A DNA stretch of 64,000 nucleotides, from assembly GCA_964016885.1 (NCBI GenBank), contig OZ024742.1, positions 172,794,001 to 172,858,000 of the forward strand, written 5' to 3'. The translations under genes were made by a program, and so were the position numbers. The notes beneath the pieces are model-generated. The model was not told the origin of the DNA. It was given only the letters and a program-made list of their open reading frames with translations, and made no database searches. This DNA is from Eledone cirrhosa (lineage: Eukaryota). The first letter of the stretch is position 1, and the number at the start of each line of letters is the position of its first letter. Positions 51,301 to 64,000 of this stretch are shown in pieces.

Positions 51301-52994
51301 CTACTGGAAGCTAAACGCGTCCTTACCAGCGCGCAAGGCCTACAGAGACCGGATTAGTGAACTAGTTAAGCGGGCGTTGAAGGGGGCCATCGTCAACAAC
51401 AAGTGGTGGTTTGCTCTAAAAAGAGCGATTAGAAGAGAATCCATTAGGTTTAGCAAGTCTTTAGCAATAGAGAAAAGTAGAGCAGAGGGAGAACTAGTTA
51501 GAAGAGGCAGGTCCATGCCGTCCAACAGCGTCGTCGGACGCTGGACGGACGGACCGGTTAAATTGCTAGGGGTCTGGTTCGGTCCGGACCTCCAGACGGA
51601 CAAAAACTGGGACGAGGAGACGAGCAGGGTGGCTTCTCTCACCCAGAAATGGGCGGAGAGGAAGCTATCCCTGAAAGGTCGATCGGAGGTGGCTAACGCG
51701 TACATCGCGTCCGTCATCTGCTACCGCCTGACCGTCGTACCTTGTCCTAAGCCTCGCCTGACTGCGCTGGAGCGTTTGCTCTTTCGCTTTTTGGGGAAGG
51801 GACGCGCTCCGATGGTCAGGCGGTCCATCTGTTGTCAACACCCGCTACGTGGAGGGGTGGGCATGCCGTGGCTGATGATGCGCAGGAACGCGCTCAGGCT
51901 ACGACATCTCCACCTCTTCCTCGACGGTGATCAGGTGTGATCGCCGTTTGCTTGACACGTATTTCCCCAGCTCGTTTCCTTGAAGGAGCTGCAGTCCTGG
52001 GTCAAGCGAAGACCGAGAGGGAGCGCCTGGAGACTGGAATGTCTTCAGGCGCTCACAGCCCTCGACCAATCGGGCAATGTGATCGGTGGAAACTCCACCT
52101 CCGCGTTCTATAGAGGATTGGTGGAGGGGAAGAGCGACGACGTACTTGGGGAAACTCTAGGCGTCGACGAAAATCAACTAGCCAATCTCTTCGGAAGAAC
52201 TTTCGGGCCAGGGCCTATGGACAACTTCCAGAAATATCTGGCCTGGCAGTGCTACCGAGGAGCCTTGCCAGTTCGGGATAAACTCTACAGGCATGGAGGT
52301 GCCGTCAGCCGGGCATGTCCGAGATGCGCGCAGGGCGACGAAACCGTCCTGCACGCACTCGTCCAGTGTCCGAAAATTGCTGACTTGTGGGTTTATGTCG
52401 AACACCTGCTGTCACGTTTAGGACGGATCCGGCTATCATCTGAGTCCATCGTGAGGATTGCCCCGCCCTCCTCCTTTAGCCGGTAGGGGCAGGCAGTTTT
52501 GATCTGCCTGGTGGCCATGGGGAAAGAGATAGTATGGTGGACACGTTTGAAAGGGCTGAAGACGAGCACTTACCTCTTCGGTGATGCTCTGATTGACTTT
52601 TTCAAATTTCATTTGAAAAGGAAAATCAGAGTAGAGAGGGAAGTGCTCTCTTCCCAGCATTTTGTTGAAAGATGGGTGAGAGAAGCAAGAATGGCCCGAG
52701 TGAATGGGCCTACTCTGAGTATATATCTGTAAATTAAAGGTGGAAAACTGGGAGAGGGCACTTGCCTTGGTGGTCAGGGTCATTGTGGCTTTTTACTGGG
52801 CTTTCTCCACAAATGTCCCTCCGAAGTCTCCCCCCTATTGGGGAATTTTTCATTGTTATTTTCATTGTTATTTTTGTTACATCCTCTGTTTTTGTTTTTT
52901 ACACGCAGAAATGCCCATTTGTACCGTCCTGCATTGTCCTGCACTGTCCTTAATGTCTACTTTATGTAAACCCTTGTGGTTAATAAAGAAATCA
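48382..52994 (+). mobile_element. Internally deleted second copy of the Tx1/L1-type LINE
   Basis: Same termini as 35628-41653; lacks the ORF1/ORF2 junction (near 50662) and the RT core (junction near 51503). Confidence 0.92.
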
Positions 52995-53011
52995 TTATTA
53001 TGGTTATTAAT

Positions 53012-53160
53012 GACTTGGCCTGGGGAAAGGAAAGTCGATTACATCGACCGCAGTGCGTTATTTTATCGACCCCGTAAACACGAATGGCAAAGCTAACATC
53101 TTGAGCTCAGAGCGTAAAGGGCTGTTACTTTATGTCATAAAGCATGTTGTCCGACGCCCT
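53012..53160 (-). mobile_element. Degenerate tRNA-SINE
   Basis: TTTTATCGACCCCGTAA..GGCAAAGCTAAC..CTCAGAGCGTAAAGG. Confidence 0.7.
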
Positions 53161-53202
53161 AATAGTAATAATAATATTTAAAGACATAAATAATAATAAT
53201 AA

Positions 53203-53276
<74 letters not shown>

Positions 53277-53458
53277 AAAGAAGAAGAAGAAGAAGAAGAA
53301 GAAGAAGAAGAAGAAGAAGAAGAAGAAGAAGAAGAAGAAGAAGAAGAAGCAGAAGAAGAAGAAGAAGAAGAAGAAGAAGAAGAAGAAGAAGAAGAAGAAG
53401 AAGAAGAAGCATGAATGAATGAATGAATGAATGAATGAATGAATGAATGAATGAATAA
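53160..53458. repeat. Compound microsatellite (TAA)n-(TAG)n-(AAG)n-(TGAA)n
   Basis: Read directly from the sequence. Confidence 0.95.
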
Positions 53459-55049
53459 TTAGATATCCATACAACATTTTTTTTTAAATTAATATTTTCA
53501 GATAAATGTAACAAATAACTTGTAAAACATTGGAAAAACAGAAACATATAAAATAAAAACAAACAGATATCTTATTAAATTTTTAATTATATTTCGACAC
53601 AGGTAAGAAAATGAACTCATTATTTTCTTTCGAATGAAATACTTTGAAGACTGTTTGATCTTGTGTTGTTCATCTGAAGGGAAATAAATTCGAAATAAAA
53701 AAAAAAATTGATTGGTCCTCCGTCAGTATCGACTATGAGCATGCATTTCCTCTTTTAACTTAATGTACTGAATGAACATCATTGGGGCGTCTACGCAGTT
53801 TATGTTTAGCAAATTTAATGTCAAAGGCTTAGATCGACCACTGGCTATAGTAAAGGTATTTGCCCAAGATGCTATGCAAGGATATCGAAACCAAAACTTT
53901 GAGATTTCATAACAAAATTCTTAACCACATCAGTTAAGCCAGCATGCACAGGATGAAATATATTGATACTCATTTTTAAGGGGAGTGTATTTGTATGTGT
54001 GTGTGAGTGTCTGTACATGTGTGTGTGTGAAGTGTGTTCTTAGAGATCTTGTTTCCTTGATGAGATAATGTGGGTATGATATTTGTTAGTGCCATTGTTT
54101 TGATATTTATATGGGCAGTAGTGTAGATTTGGTGACTTGTTGATAGTTATATGTCTATCTCTTATTGTAGTGTGATTTTAGGTTTGGGGAAACTTTGCGG
54201 TTATAAATGATTTTCGTGTAATATTTTGCTGTGGCTTGCGGTGGTTGCAAATGAGGTCGTGGTGATGATGTGATGTACAGTTGTAGTTTTGTATGATGAT
54301 TCCAAGCGTTTTTTTAATGACTTTTAGTTAGTAGAAATTTGTTACTTTACGATAGTTGTGTTAGTGTATTGGTGTTGTTGTTTTAATGCTTATATTGTGA
54401 TCTCTGGTGATAGTAAGCTTTGTAATGTGTTTAATTACACTGCAAAACTGATTTTAGTAGTTGTATTTGGCGTGGTGGATCTTCAGGTGTTATTTTTATA
54501 AAAATGATTGTAAAGAGAACTTCTGTTCTGATTATGGTGACCCAAAATTATCGCTTTTTGAGGCGTATTTGTCTTTGTGTACATTCCCTGGTTATGATGT
54601 AATGAATATGTTTTTGTACAGTGGCTCTTATGCTTGCGATTAAAATCAAGTTTTAGTTGTGCCTTTTTGGTATGAGGATTCCACAGTGGTAATCTTAGGT
54701 GTTGTCACCTTATTTTTTTTCTGGTGACAGTTTAGTGATGTAGATTATCATGTCTTGTATTTGGTAATCCCAGATTTACAAAGGTTATGCTAATAAGACG
54801 CAATGGTTGTGGTGTAATCAGGGGGAAATTATGGAGGCAGTAGTAGAGGTTTTGAAATATAATACAATAAAATATGATGGTAGATTGCTTCTCGCATCTA
54901 GGCAATTACAAAGAGAAAGCATTCGTTGGTGGAAAATGCATGACAAACAAGTTATAGTACATCATATTAAATCTATAGAAACAGAACAACATTTTATGAA
55001 AGACGAATCGGAACGCACTCATCATTTACTTTGGGAATGATTCTACTTA

Positions 55050-55422
55050 ATAATTGCTTCTACTTTTGGCACAAAACAGCAATTAGCCCAGTGCATTATT
55101 GCTTCTTTATTTTATCGACCCCGAAAGAATGAAAGGCAAAGTAAACCTCGGCGGGATTTGAACTCAGAACGTAAAGAGACGTAACGCTATGCTGCAAAGG
55201 ATGGCGTCCGACCTTCTACCGATACTGGCAATCCACCGCCCTTAATGATTGCTTCTACTTTTGGCTCAAGTACATTACTGGTACTTTCTTTGATCGACTC
55301 AGTAAGGATGAAAAGCAAAGCTAACCTCGTCGGGATTTGAACGCAAACCGTAAAGGGACGTAACTATGCTGGAAAGCTTAGCGTGCGACTCTTTACCGAT
55401 ACTGCCAATCCACCGCCCTTAA
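55050..55422 (-). mobile_element. Two tandem tRNA-SINE copies (about 55050-55243 and 55245-55422)
   Basis: Each ends (plus strand) in CAATCCACCGCCCTTAAT and contains GGATTTGAAC. Confidence 0.85.
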
Positions 55423-55458
55423 TATCATATAATCATTGTGTTTTTTCATTACTTTCTC

Positions 55459-55674
55459 CAAGGGTGGCGGATTGGCAGTATCGGTAGAGCGTCGGATACC
55501 ATGCTTTGCAGCATAGAGTTATGCTCCTTTATGATCTGAGTTCAAGACCTGCCGAGTTTAGCTTTGCTTTTCATCCTTACGGTGTCGATAAAATAAAGCA
55601 CCAGTAACACACTGGGATCGATTTAAACGAATGTCCCCTCCCCCAATTGCTGGCCTTGTGCCTATTGTAGAAAT
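55459..55674 (+). mobile_element. tRNA-derived SINE (most complete copy)
   Basis: A-box-like TGGCAGTATCGG, B-box GAGTTCAAGACC, tail GCTGGCCTTGTGCCTATTGTAGAAA. Confidence 0.88.
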
Positions 55675-56349
55675 CGTTTCTTTTCTCGTTATATATTTTA
55701 TTCCCATCCTAATATATTTGATTTCCATTCGTCTGAATATGTTTAATATTCGCGCTTTAACTACTGTCTAAATACGTATTAATACATGCTATTGCGTTTC
55801 ATGTCAGATAATGTCGGCTTTCATGAAGAAACCGTCACTTTCATATAAAACTGATTCCATCAGGAAAACAGTTAAAGCTAAAACATTTATTTAACCACTC
55901 TAGAGATAAGTACAATTATGAGGCAACAAATAGAAATATATTGCAAGAAAACATCTTTTGGTTTGAAAAGATAAGAGGAGTTATCTATCGAAGATATTCT
56001 ATATAAGTGATGGAAGAATTGTTTACGCAAATTCCATTAGAAATTATCTGAAATTGCGAGAAATGGATGCCACGATTTCCGCTCAAAATCATCAGATATC
56101 GAGTGAACACAAGTACTAAAAAAGAACATGCAGAAAAGTGGTGTAAAGTAAAAATGAAATACTTCAATTTCAAAAGAAACACGATTTTACTCCTCAATAG
56201 AATAATATCAACGATATCAATTGGTCGTTTAGTAGGGAATAACATATCTACGTGATGACATGCAATTCTATCCTTATCAGCTAAGCTAAGGAACACAAAT
56301 TCACTATAGGATACAGATGAGCATAAACGATTGGTCCACGTACACACAA

Positions 56350-57930
56350 CACACAAGTGCATTCGGGAATTCTAGTCGATACCTGTCACATATTATAATC
56401 GCTTGATCAGGGTCATGTAGACGTTGCATCACCCTCCCTCCTCTTCTATCAGCTATTCCCACCGAATTCCAGCGTGCATCCAATATGCCGTTCCAGGCCC
56501 GCTATCAGTAAAGGGCGAAACGAACCTAGAAAGGTTTCCTGCCGCTTGAACATATCCGGCTGTCCATCCCCGGTCGGGGGATGGACGACCACTAGTTTGG
56601 AGGCACCAACTTCCCTATCGCTCACGTCCAGGATCACCAACTTACCGTCTGGATCTTAGACACAGGCCTTTCATAGATAGCACTGCCAAATCGACTTACA
56701 CCCCATGAGATTCAATTATCTCTTAGTCGTCAAAATACGGGTTAATCCGCGCCTGTCAGAAACCTGGTTTCGAATGGAGCAGTCAAATACTTTATTTGTG
56801 AGCGGAGGGCTTTGAGCAAGCGACATTGCTTCCAGGACGACAACAGACCACGAATATGTTACATTCTACTCTTATAATAGTCATGTTGACTTGTTAGTTT
56901 AGAGAAAAGGAGGCCTAATTATGCTTCGGATATTGTTGAAGATTGTGTATTTCGACCTCCGTACTTGCAGGAGTTTCCTTTGGGAACAACATTAAATGTA
57001 TACTGGAAGCGTTTACATTGGGTTTACCACGTCATGCAGGAGCCTTTCTCTAATTTATTTGTAGACATCTTACGACATTCGTACCATCATTAGAGTTTCA
57101 GCTGCTTTAAAAGAGCTTGTACCAAAAATATCCCCGCTTTCTCAATCTCTTTACTTTGTATATTGAGGGTCATCAGTTCTTCGTTGGCCCTTCTTACTAG
57201 CATGAAGCTGTATATGTATGTGGTGTTGTTTGTTGTCGATTTTATATGATCGTGGGCTTTATTTTATTTGTGGCTGTTGTAGCGTTAATGATGGTATTAG
57301 TAATGGTTGTCTAAACAGTTGGTGGAGATGCTTTTCTTCCAGATGGGTTTCTGTTTGGTAGGGCTATGTGTTTGGTAGGGATGTTGTTTCTTGTATTGGA
57401 GTCTGACAGGGATTGTTGTCAGATTCTTTTGTGTATGTGTCTTTTTCTTTAGTTTTTGTTTATGCATTTCTTCTTCTCCTTGACTAGAAGATGAGGAGTT
57501 GCCTCTGTCTGATAATAGTGGAGTTATTATACGATTGTGACTTTGCACGTGTGTGTATACTTAGAGTGGCTGAAGAGTGGCAAACCGGAATGGTTGTATT
57601 TGAGCCAGTTATTGGTTTCGGTGGCGATATATCAGTTGCTACTGTTAGTGATTATGTTGGGCTTGTTGCTGATTTTACATATGTTGCTGCTACTGTTGTT
57701 GTTGGTACCGATGTTGTTGCTGTTGTTGTTGCAGATTTTGAGGCCCTGCTGATGGCAGAAACAAGGCCACTGGTTCCATGCCCTGTGCTGAAGGCAGAAA
57801 CCTAATAGTTGGTCTGTTTCTCCACACAGATGGCACCGAGACCTCTTTCCTTCAACTCTGATATGGAGATTCACTACACCCGGCAAGTGTATAATGTTTG
57901 TGATCTTTTTTACCTTTTCCCGGTTGATGT
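56350..57930 (-). mobile_element. Old relic of a related Tx1/L1-type LINE (ORF1 knuckle plus APE)
   Basis: VILDVSDREVGASKLVVVHPPTGDGQPDMFKRQETFLG matches the APE at 37980; VEGKRSRCHLCGETDQLLGFC matches the ORF1 knuckle. Confidence 0.8.
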
Positions 57931-59561
57931 GGCGGAGTACTAATCACAGCCTTTTTAATACATTAAAACGTGAGTTGAACATCCGGCTGCTATCTCTAGC
58001 GGTTTAATTAATACATTATTTTCGATACGATGCCGCCATTTGTCATGCACTCTTTATACGATATTGTGGTTGCTTCTGTAATTGTTTTATATAAATACAT
58101 TTACATGGATTCTCCCGAGCTACGATTCCATAATTAAGGTTATATTTATAATAGAAAGACATTTAGGGTTATTCATGCATTTTACGGGAAGGAAATTCCT
58201 GCTTGGTTTATTGGCAAAGAGAGTTTTTATTTTACAATTCTTCGTTAATTAGATTAACAATTATTTTCTCTACTTAATATGGTGTGTTTTTCCACCAACA
58301 AAAGAAAGCACGGTGTTCTATTCTTCCATGCAGCTTTGTTATTATAATATTTGCAGTTAATGAATGGGAAATAGTAGCAATACTGTCATTCCTTGTGACA
58401 TGTATCTTGTATTTGGATATATAACTGCTCGGAGAAAACGTAATTAAATTTTGATAAAGATGTTATGTTGATATTAGCTCGTTATTCAGTAAATCTACAT
58501 ATAACATTTTTACGATAAGAGTGTTGCAGTTCAATTATAAACCAAATAGAGCGAAAACAAAACCTCAAATATATACTCATACACAAACAGAGACAAAAAC
58601 AGAAATACACACACACTCGCATATATATGTTGCCAATGTATATATATTGTTCATGGAAGCCATCAAAGAAGAGTAGTTGAGATATTGCCCTGTAACAACT
58701 ATCATTGAACACCTTAAGATACATTCTTTTTTTAGATAACTTAGCCTGAAACAAGCATATCAGAAGATCCTGTTTTTAGGTGATACATAGTCAACATAGG
58801 TATTACATTATGACATGAACATGACGATGATGTAATAACATATCCTTACATTCTCTCTTAATGAATTGAAGCTAGCCTATTGATATGCTACTGGGTACAA
58901 TGCCGAAATCTAGTAAATTAATTCGACTGTGGAAACATCGTTGTCAGTAGAGAGGTGACACTATTTCTTTGACCTGTGGAGCTAACTCCGAAGACTTCAC
59001 GGGGTATTATTACATAGTAATGAAGTCGTTCGTTACAGAAACTACATAACAGCAATTTCTGAAACGGCACACACACAAAATATATATAAAAGTATATATA
59101 TATATATGAAAGTTTGTGGTGTTCGATGATCAAAAGTGGACTAACGTTATCAACAGGTTTTCGTTCTATGCCTCAAGCCGGTGTGAAGTGTAGCATTGAA
59201 CTGCTGCCGGTGACAGCAGTTCAATGTTCCTTTGCCACGTGTTTTTTCCAACAAGGGAAATAACACCCGCTATTTGACGGGTAAATTGCGAACAAAGGAA
59301 TCAATTCCGTTCTACAATCCAAATGAGAAGCTTTCGACTAGACGTTATTAAACAAACATGAATAATTAACCAATCTATCTAATTGTCTAATTAACTTAAT
59401 TAATAACTTATTAGGTCTAGGAGATAATAATACGAGTAGAGGTTTAGTAAAATTGAAGTATTGGCTGAGACCAAGCTAACGATATACAATTAGGAATGTG
59501 CACCAAAGCACTCGATGAGGTTGTAGGCTTTAGAATAATAACATACGTTTAGACAGATTAA

Positions 59562-59731
59562 CATATATATAAAAGGAAAAAATGAAACGAAATATAATTT
59601 CTCACTCTTAGTACGGCTGTTACTTAAATATAAGTATGTATACGTACATACATATATGTATACATACGTACAGTAGTATGTATATGTATATACATACATG
59701 TACACATATATGTGTGTACGTATACATACTG

Positions 59732-59767
<36 letters not shown>

Positions 59768-60214
59768 TATATATATATAAATATATATATATATATTTAT
59801 ATATAAGTATGTATACGTACATACATATATGTATACAGACGCACAGTAGTATGTATATATATATATACATACATGCACACATATATATGTGTACGCGTAG
59901 ATTCACAGAACATTTATTATAATGCCCGGTGTGTTTGTAAACAAACAACCCGAATTAAGCCGTACAGTGTCTAGCAACCATCGTTGTTCATTTGTTCAAC
60001 ACTGACAAAGGAACGATGTACTAGTTTCAAGCTTATTAGCTATCGTCTTATATGAATCCATACGTACATATATATATGTGTGCATGTATGTATATATATA
60101 TATATATACATACTACTGTACGTCTATATACATATATGTATGTACGTATACATACTTATATTTAAGTAACAGCCATACTAAGAGTCAGAAAGGAAATTTC
60201 GTTTCATTTTTTCC

Positions 60215-60220
<6 letters not shown>
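59562..60220. mobile_element. Fold-back of PLE terminal family A, breaking inside the HHR core
   Basis: The left arm is the reverse complement of about 1990-2310 and ends at 60047 in (CU)GACGA; right arm 60055-60220. Confidence 0.75.
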
Positions 60221-60276
<56 letters not shown>

Positions 60277-60279
60277 TAC

Positions 60280-61132
60280 ATCACGATAAATTATCGGAGC
60301 CATAGATTCTCGCATTCCATGTACATAATGTGCTCAAAGGAGAGGAAATCCTGAACTCTTTAGAATACAATATGTTGAAAAGGTAACACACTAGAGAGAG
60401 ATACAGTGCGCTATCAATAAAACAGGGAAAATCCACCAGTGTCTGGAATCTATGAAAGGCAGACTATAGACACGATAATTAAAAATATAAATTAAAGCGT
60501 AAATACATACCTCTATAATTATATAACACACGTACAAATCCAAAGAGATCTCTTTCGCCAGTAAATTGTTGACAGAAATGGAATAAACCCGTTTCTTCAG
60601 CATGTGTAAGGCTATACATTTCAGACAACACTATTGAGCACATTATTTACATGGAATGGCGAGAGTCAATGGCTCCGTTAATTTATCGTGATATTTCGCT
60701 CCTTATAACAGTCTTTTCTCAATCTCTGTTTGGTTGAGCACACTTCTCAGAGTGATTTTGTGCTGCCCTTTCTAGCAGCTTGTCCCTCAGAGGCCACTGG
60801 TTCACTGCCCTTAAACAGGCTGTGACATCTTTCCCACACGTGTAGCTGGACAGTCACTTTAAATTTTTCTTAGTTTTGTCTGAAATGTATAGCCTTACAC
60901 ACGCTGAAGCACTGGGGTTATTCCATTTCTGTCAACAACTTATTGGCGAAAAAGACGCTTTGGATGTGTACGTATGTTATATAGTTATAGGGGTATGTAT
61001 TTACGCTTTAATTTATATTTTTAATTATTGTGTCTATAGTCTGCCTTTCATAGGTTATAGATTCCATGCACTGATGTTTTTTCCCTGTTTTATTGATGGC
61101 GCACTGTATTTCTCTCTAGTGTGTTACCTTTC

Positions 61133-61133
<1 letters not shown>
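60280..61133. repeat. Interleaved double fold-back (A-B-A'-spacer-B') between microsatellites
   Basis: 60280-60337 is inverted at 60634-60692; 60375-60628 is inverted at 60876-61133; HHR-like CUGAAGA..GAAA-GAGAUCUC-UU on the minus strand at 60533-60608. Confidence 0.75.
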
Positions 61134-61202
<69 letters not shown>

Positions 61203-61238
61203 CTTATATATATATATACAAATATATATATAAATATA

Positions 61239-62220
61239 CTAGCAGCAGTACCTACTGATTCGTGGGTAGGTAAAATAATATCTGCTTTGATGAAAAGGCG
61301 TTGATCTTAGCGACTCCGAGTTTCCTGAAAATCCGACATAAGTTGTAGTAAATGGTGAAATGTTGAGTTAAATCGTATGGAATATGTGGGATGTGGAAAA
61401 TATAGTTAACCGGCTGCAGCGCCGTCCCTGTACGAAAAATGCAAAGTCTAAAGCTACTATAAGATGTGCAATGATAGGTTCTATCGTAGTATAAAAGTTG
61501 AACCAAATAAAATGATCTATGTGAGAAGTGGAGCCTAAGTTTCGAATATGAACGAAATCAGTTGACAAATGTGGGAGCTAATGATAGGTCGCCGTCCCTG
61601 AACAAAAATTGCAAAGTGTAAAGCTATTATAACATGTGCAATGATAGGTTCTATCGTAGTATAAAAGTGAAACCAAATAAGTTGATTTATGTATGAGGTG
61701 GAGCCGAAGTTTCGAATTTCAACGAAATCGGTTGAAAGATGTTGGGGCTAATGATACGTTCTATCGTAGTATAAAGTTTGAAACAAATAAATTGATTTAT
61801 GTGCGAGGTGGTGCCGAAGTTTCGAATTTGAACGAAATCGGTTGAAACATTTGGGAGCTAGAGCCGAAAAGCCGGAAATTTGAGCGAAAAGGTGGTATTT
61901 TCGAATATTTAAGCAGCTGCCATGCCATTCCTGAATAAAAAATCCAAAATATAAAGCAACGTTAAGACCTGAAATAATCAGATCTAGCGTAGTGTAACAT
62001 TTGAATAAAGTAGGGTGATTAATGTGGGAGCTAGAGCCGAAAAAGTGGAAATTTGAGTCTAAAAGTGGTATTTTGAATATTTAAGCGGCTGCCACGCCGA
62101 CCCTGACCACAAATGCAAAATATAAAGCAATTACAGGATGTGCAATGATAAATTCTATTTTGCTTTCAAGTGTGAACGAAATCGGTGTTAAAATGTGGGA
62201 GCTAGTGCCAACTATCTTAT
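61239..62220 (-). mobile_element. Non-autonomous Helitron-like element with internal ~170-bp subrepeats
   Basis: Minus-strand 3' end: hairpin ACCTAC-n10-GTAGGT, 7 nt, then CTAG|T; internal repeats ATGATAGGTTCTATCGTAGTATAAA and GAACGAAATCGGTTGAAA. Confidence 0.6.
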
Positions 62221-63763
62221 TTTTCGTTACCTAAAAAAAGGTGACCCCATATGGATCGTTATCTGCAGAATGACCCCAGAATTTCCCAGGGAAATCATCG
62301 CTCACTGCCGGAAACGCACTTCTTCTACAACGGAGGAGCCTGGTCAAAGAAGTCAACAACTCCATGGGATCGTTTGACAGTGCTGACGTATGCAACTTGC
62401 TTGGCCTATTTATTTTAGACATATTACGCTTTAGATTCCCGGACCTCCAGACGGTAATATACCGCGGCGAAAGACTGATCTTATCGAGCCATAAAAGTGG
62501 TCACGACCTCGACCGGTTTAAAAAGGACTTAGCTTCTACCTTCAATGAGTTAGGACTTAGGATAACAGTAGTACCACCGCTCTAGCGTAGATTTCTTACA
62601 CATTAATTTATACCATCGCACACACACCTACAGACCCTTCCATAAGCTAAACGAAAAACTAAATTACATTTACAAGCACTCATGCCACCCTCCTACTGTT
62701 TTTAGAAACTTCGTAAATAATATCAGTACTAGAATCTCAAACCTCTACTCTAATCTTCGACAGGGCGGCACCCTACCATAACATGGCATTAGCTAACAGT
62801 GGATTCTCGCAACCTATTACTTACTCTCCCACTAACAACAACAGCAATAAGAAAAGCGAGCGTAACAATAGACACACTATCTGGTTCTCTCCTGCCTTCT
62901 CACTCAACGTTAAAACCAATGGAGGCAAAACATGTCTAGCCCACTTAGATAGACTTTCCCATAGGTAATAAAAATCGCTCCATCTTTAACCGACACAAAG
63001 TAAAACTAGGATACTACTGCGCTAAGAACATTAAGGACAACATCACCAACATCTCTAAGAGCAACACTCTACCAGGGTGCTCTTGCCGTAAGACCGAAGC
63101 TTGCCCCTTCAACAAGAATGTAACACACACGCTGTAGTTTATGAAGCTGTGGTCACTCGCAACTGACGAAATCAACCACATGAGCTCGAACATATGTGGT
63201 TATGGAGGAGGGCCGATTTAAGGAACGCTTCCTGAACCACTAGTCCACCTTTAGACACTCGGACATACGTTAATCTACGAAACTCACGAGCCACGTATGG
63301 TCCCACAAGGATTCAAGTATAGACTACTCCATTCAATGGAAAGCCATCACTAAGTCCAAGCCATACGCAAGGGGCAATCCGTCGTGTGGACTATATATTG
63401 ATGGACGAATAAATATTCTAAAGAGATAACGCAATAGTGATTGCCTAAACACGAGAAATGAATCCTTCACAAGTTGTCCACACGCCTGGAAACACCTCTT
63501 CCATAACTACAAAGCTCCGAATTGAATTACAAAAACATCCGAATTTTCTTATCAACTAGAAACTTTCGGACTTTCGCAGTTATCTCCCTCACATCTCTCG
63601 AACGCAATTTAATATTGCCTGTGTGAAGTGGTCGTTTCTGCGTATGCGCGTTCGTACGTTTGTCCTTCCTCTTCCGTATAACCATGTCCATTGCGACCAG
63701 AGGATCCGCTAAGGTGAAACAATTGTTTCCCGGTATGGTGACATAACTGTTGTGTAATCACTT
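62220..63763 (+). mobile_element. 5'-truncated, decayed Penelope-like element (family F) with terminal repeat
   Basis: MGSFDSADVCNLLGLFIL..IYRG (RT), IWFSP, CSC..CP, VVYEAV..FKERFLNH (GIY-YIG), CGL; 3' repeat 63520-63763 matches 11285-11480, with a decayed HHR near 63695-63732. Confidence 0.85.
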
Positions 63764-63780
63764 ATATATATATATATATA

Positions 63781-64000
63781 TAACGAAGGAAAGGTGGTAA
63801 GGAACGAGATGGACAATAACGCACAAAAGTACTCATTACTTAGGGTAGTAGAATGGGTAATAGGAACAAGTATGACCCCGAAGACAGAGCTCAATCCGTT
63901 TCGACGGCTAATTCTAGACTAAATAAGAAATTTAGCCTGGCTAAAAGGCTAAACATTCTTATTTAGTCCAGAATTAGCCGTCGAAAGGGCTTGAGCTCAG
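63781..64000. mobile_element. Fold-back of family D pLTR (runs off the window end)
   Basis: 63781-63928 is the minus-strand pLTR and 63955-64000 the plus-strand mirror; the turn lies in the HHR stem II loop region. Confidence 0.8.

Noticed and set aside
59194-59226. 13-bp hairpin CATTGAACTGCTG/CAGCAGTTCAATG as a terminator or element end
   Set aside because: It is isolated, has no U-tract or CTRR end, and there is no second copy in the window.

Overview
This is AT-rich eukaryotic (animal) genomic DNA made almost entirely of transposons and microsatellites. No host gene is recognisable. The tRNA-derived SINE and the dense (TA)n/(TAA)n tracts resemble octopod cephalopod genomes (inference only). 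The window has three zones. (1) About 1.5-24.3 kb and 59.5-64 kb: Penelope-like elements (PLEs; RT plus GIY-YIG) and many short (TA)n-flanked fold-back fragments of their terminal repeats. Reading these by eye gives about 10 families of minimal type-I hammerhead ribozyme (HHR) motifs, most with a family-specific palindromic stem III, and many fold-back turn points lie inside the ribozyme. (2) 14.2-16.8 kb: a non-coding tandem-plus-inverted array of 730-780 bp units. Each unit carries the three hammerhead strands in a non-canonical permuted order, making it a candidate retrozyme with an unusual topology and the most novel-looking signal here. (3) About 24.8-55.7 kb: non-LTR retrotransposons stacked in (TAT)n tracts. 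These include one intact 1130-aa R4/Dong-type RT-RLE element, a second decayed R4 family, trains of 5'-truncated copies, two Tx1/L1-type elements in the opposite orientation, and tRNA-SINEs whose 3' end matches the Tx1-like 3' end. A non-autonomous Helitron-like end lies at about 61.2 kb. All RNA folds were inferred by manual base-pairing, and element boundaries are approximate.
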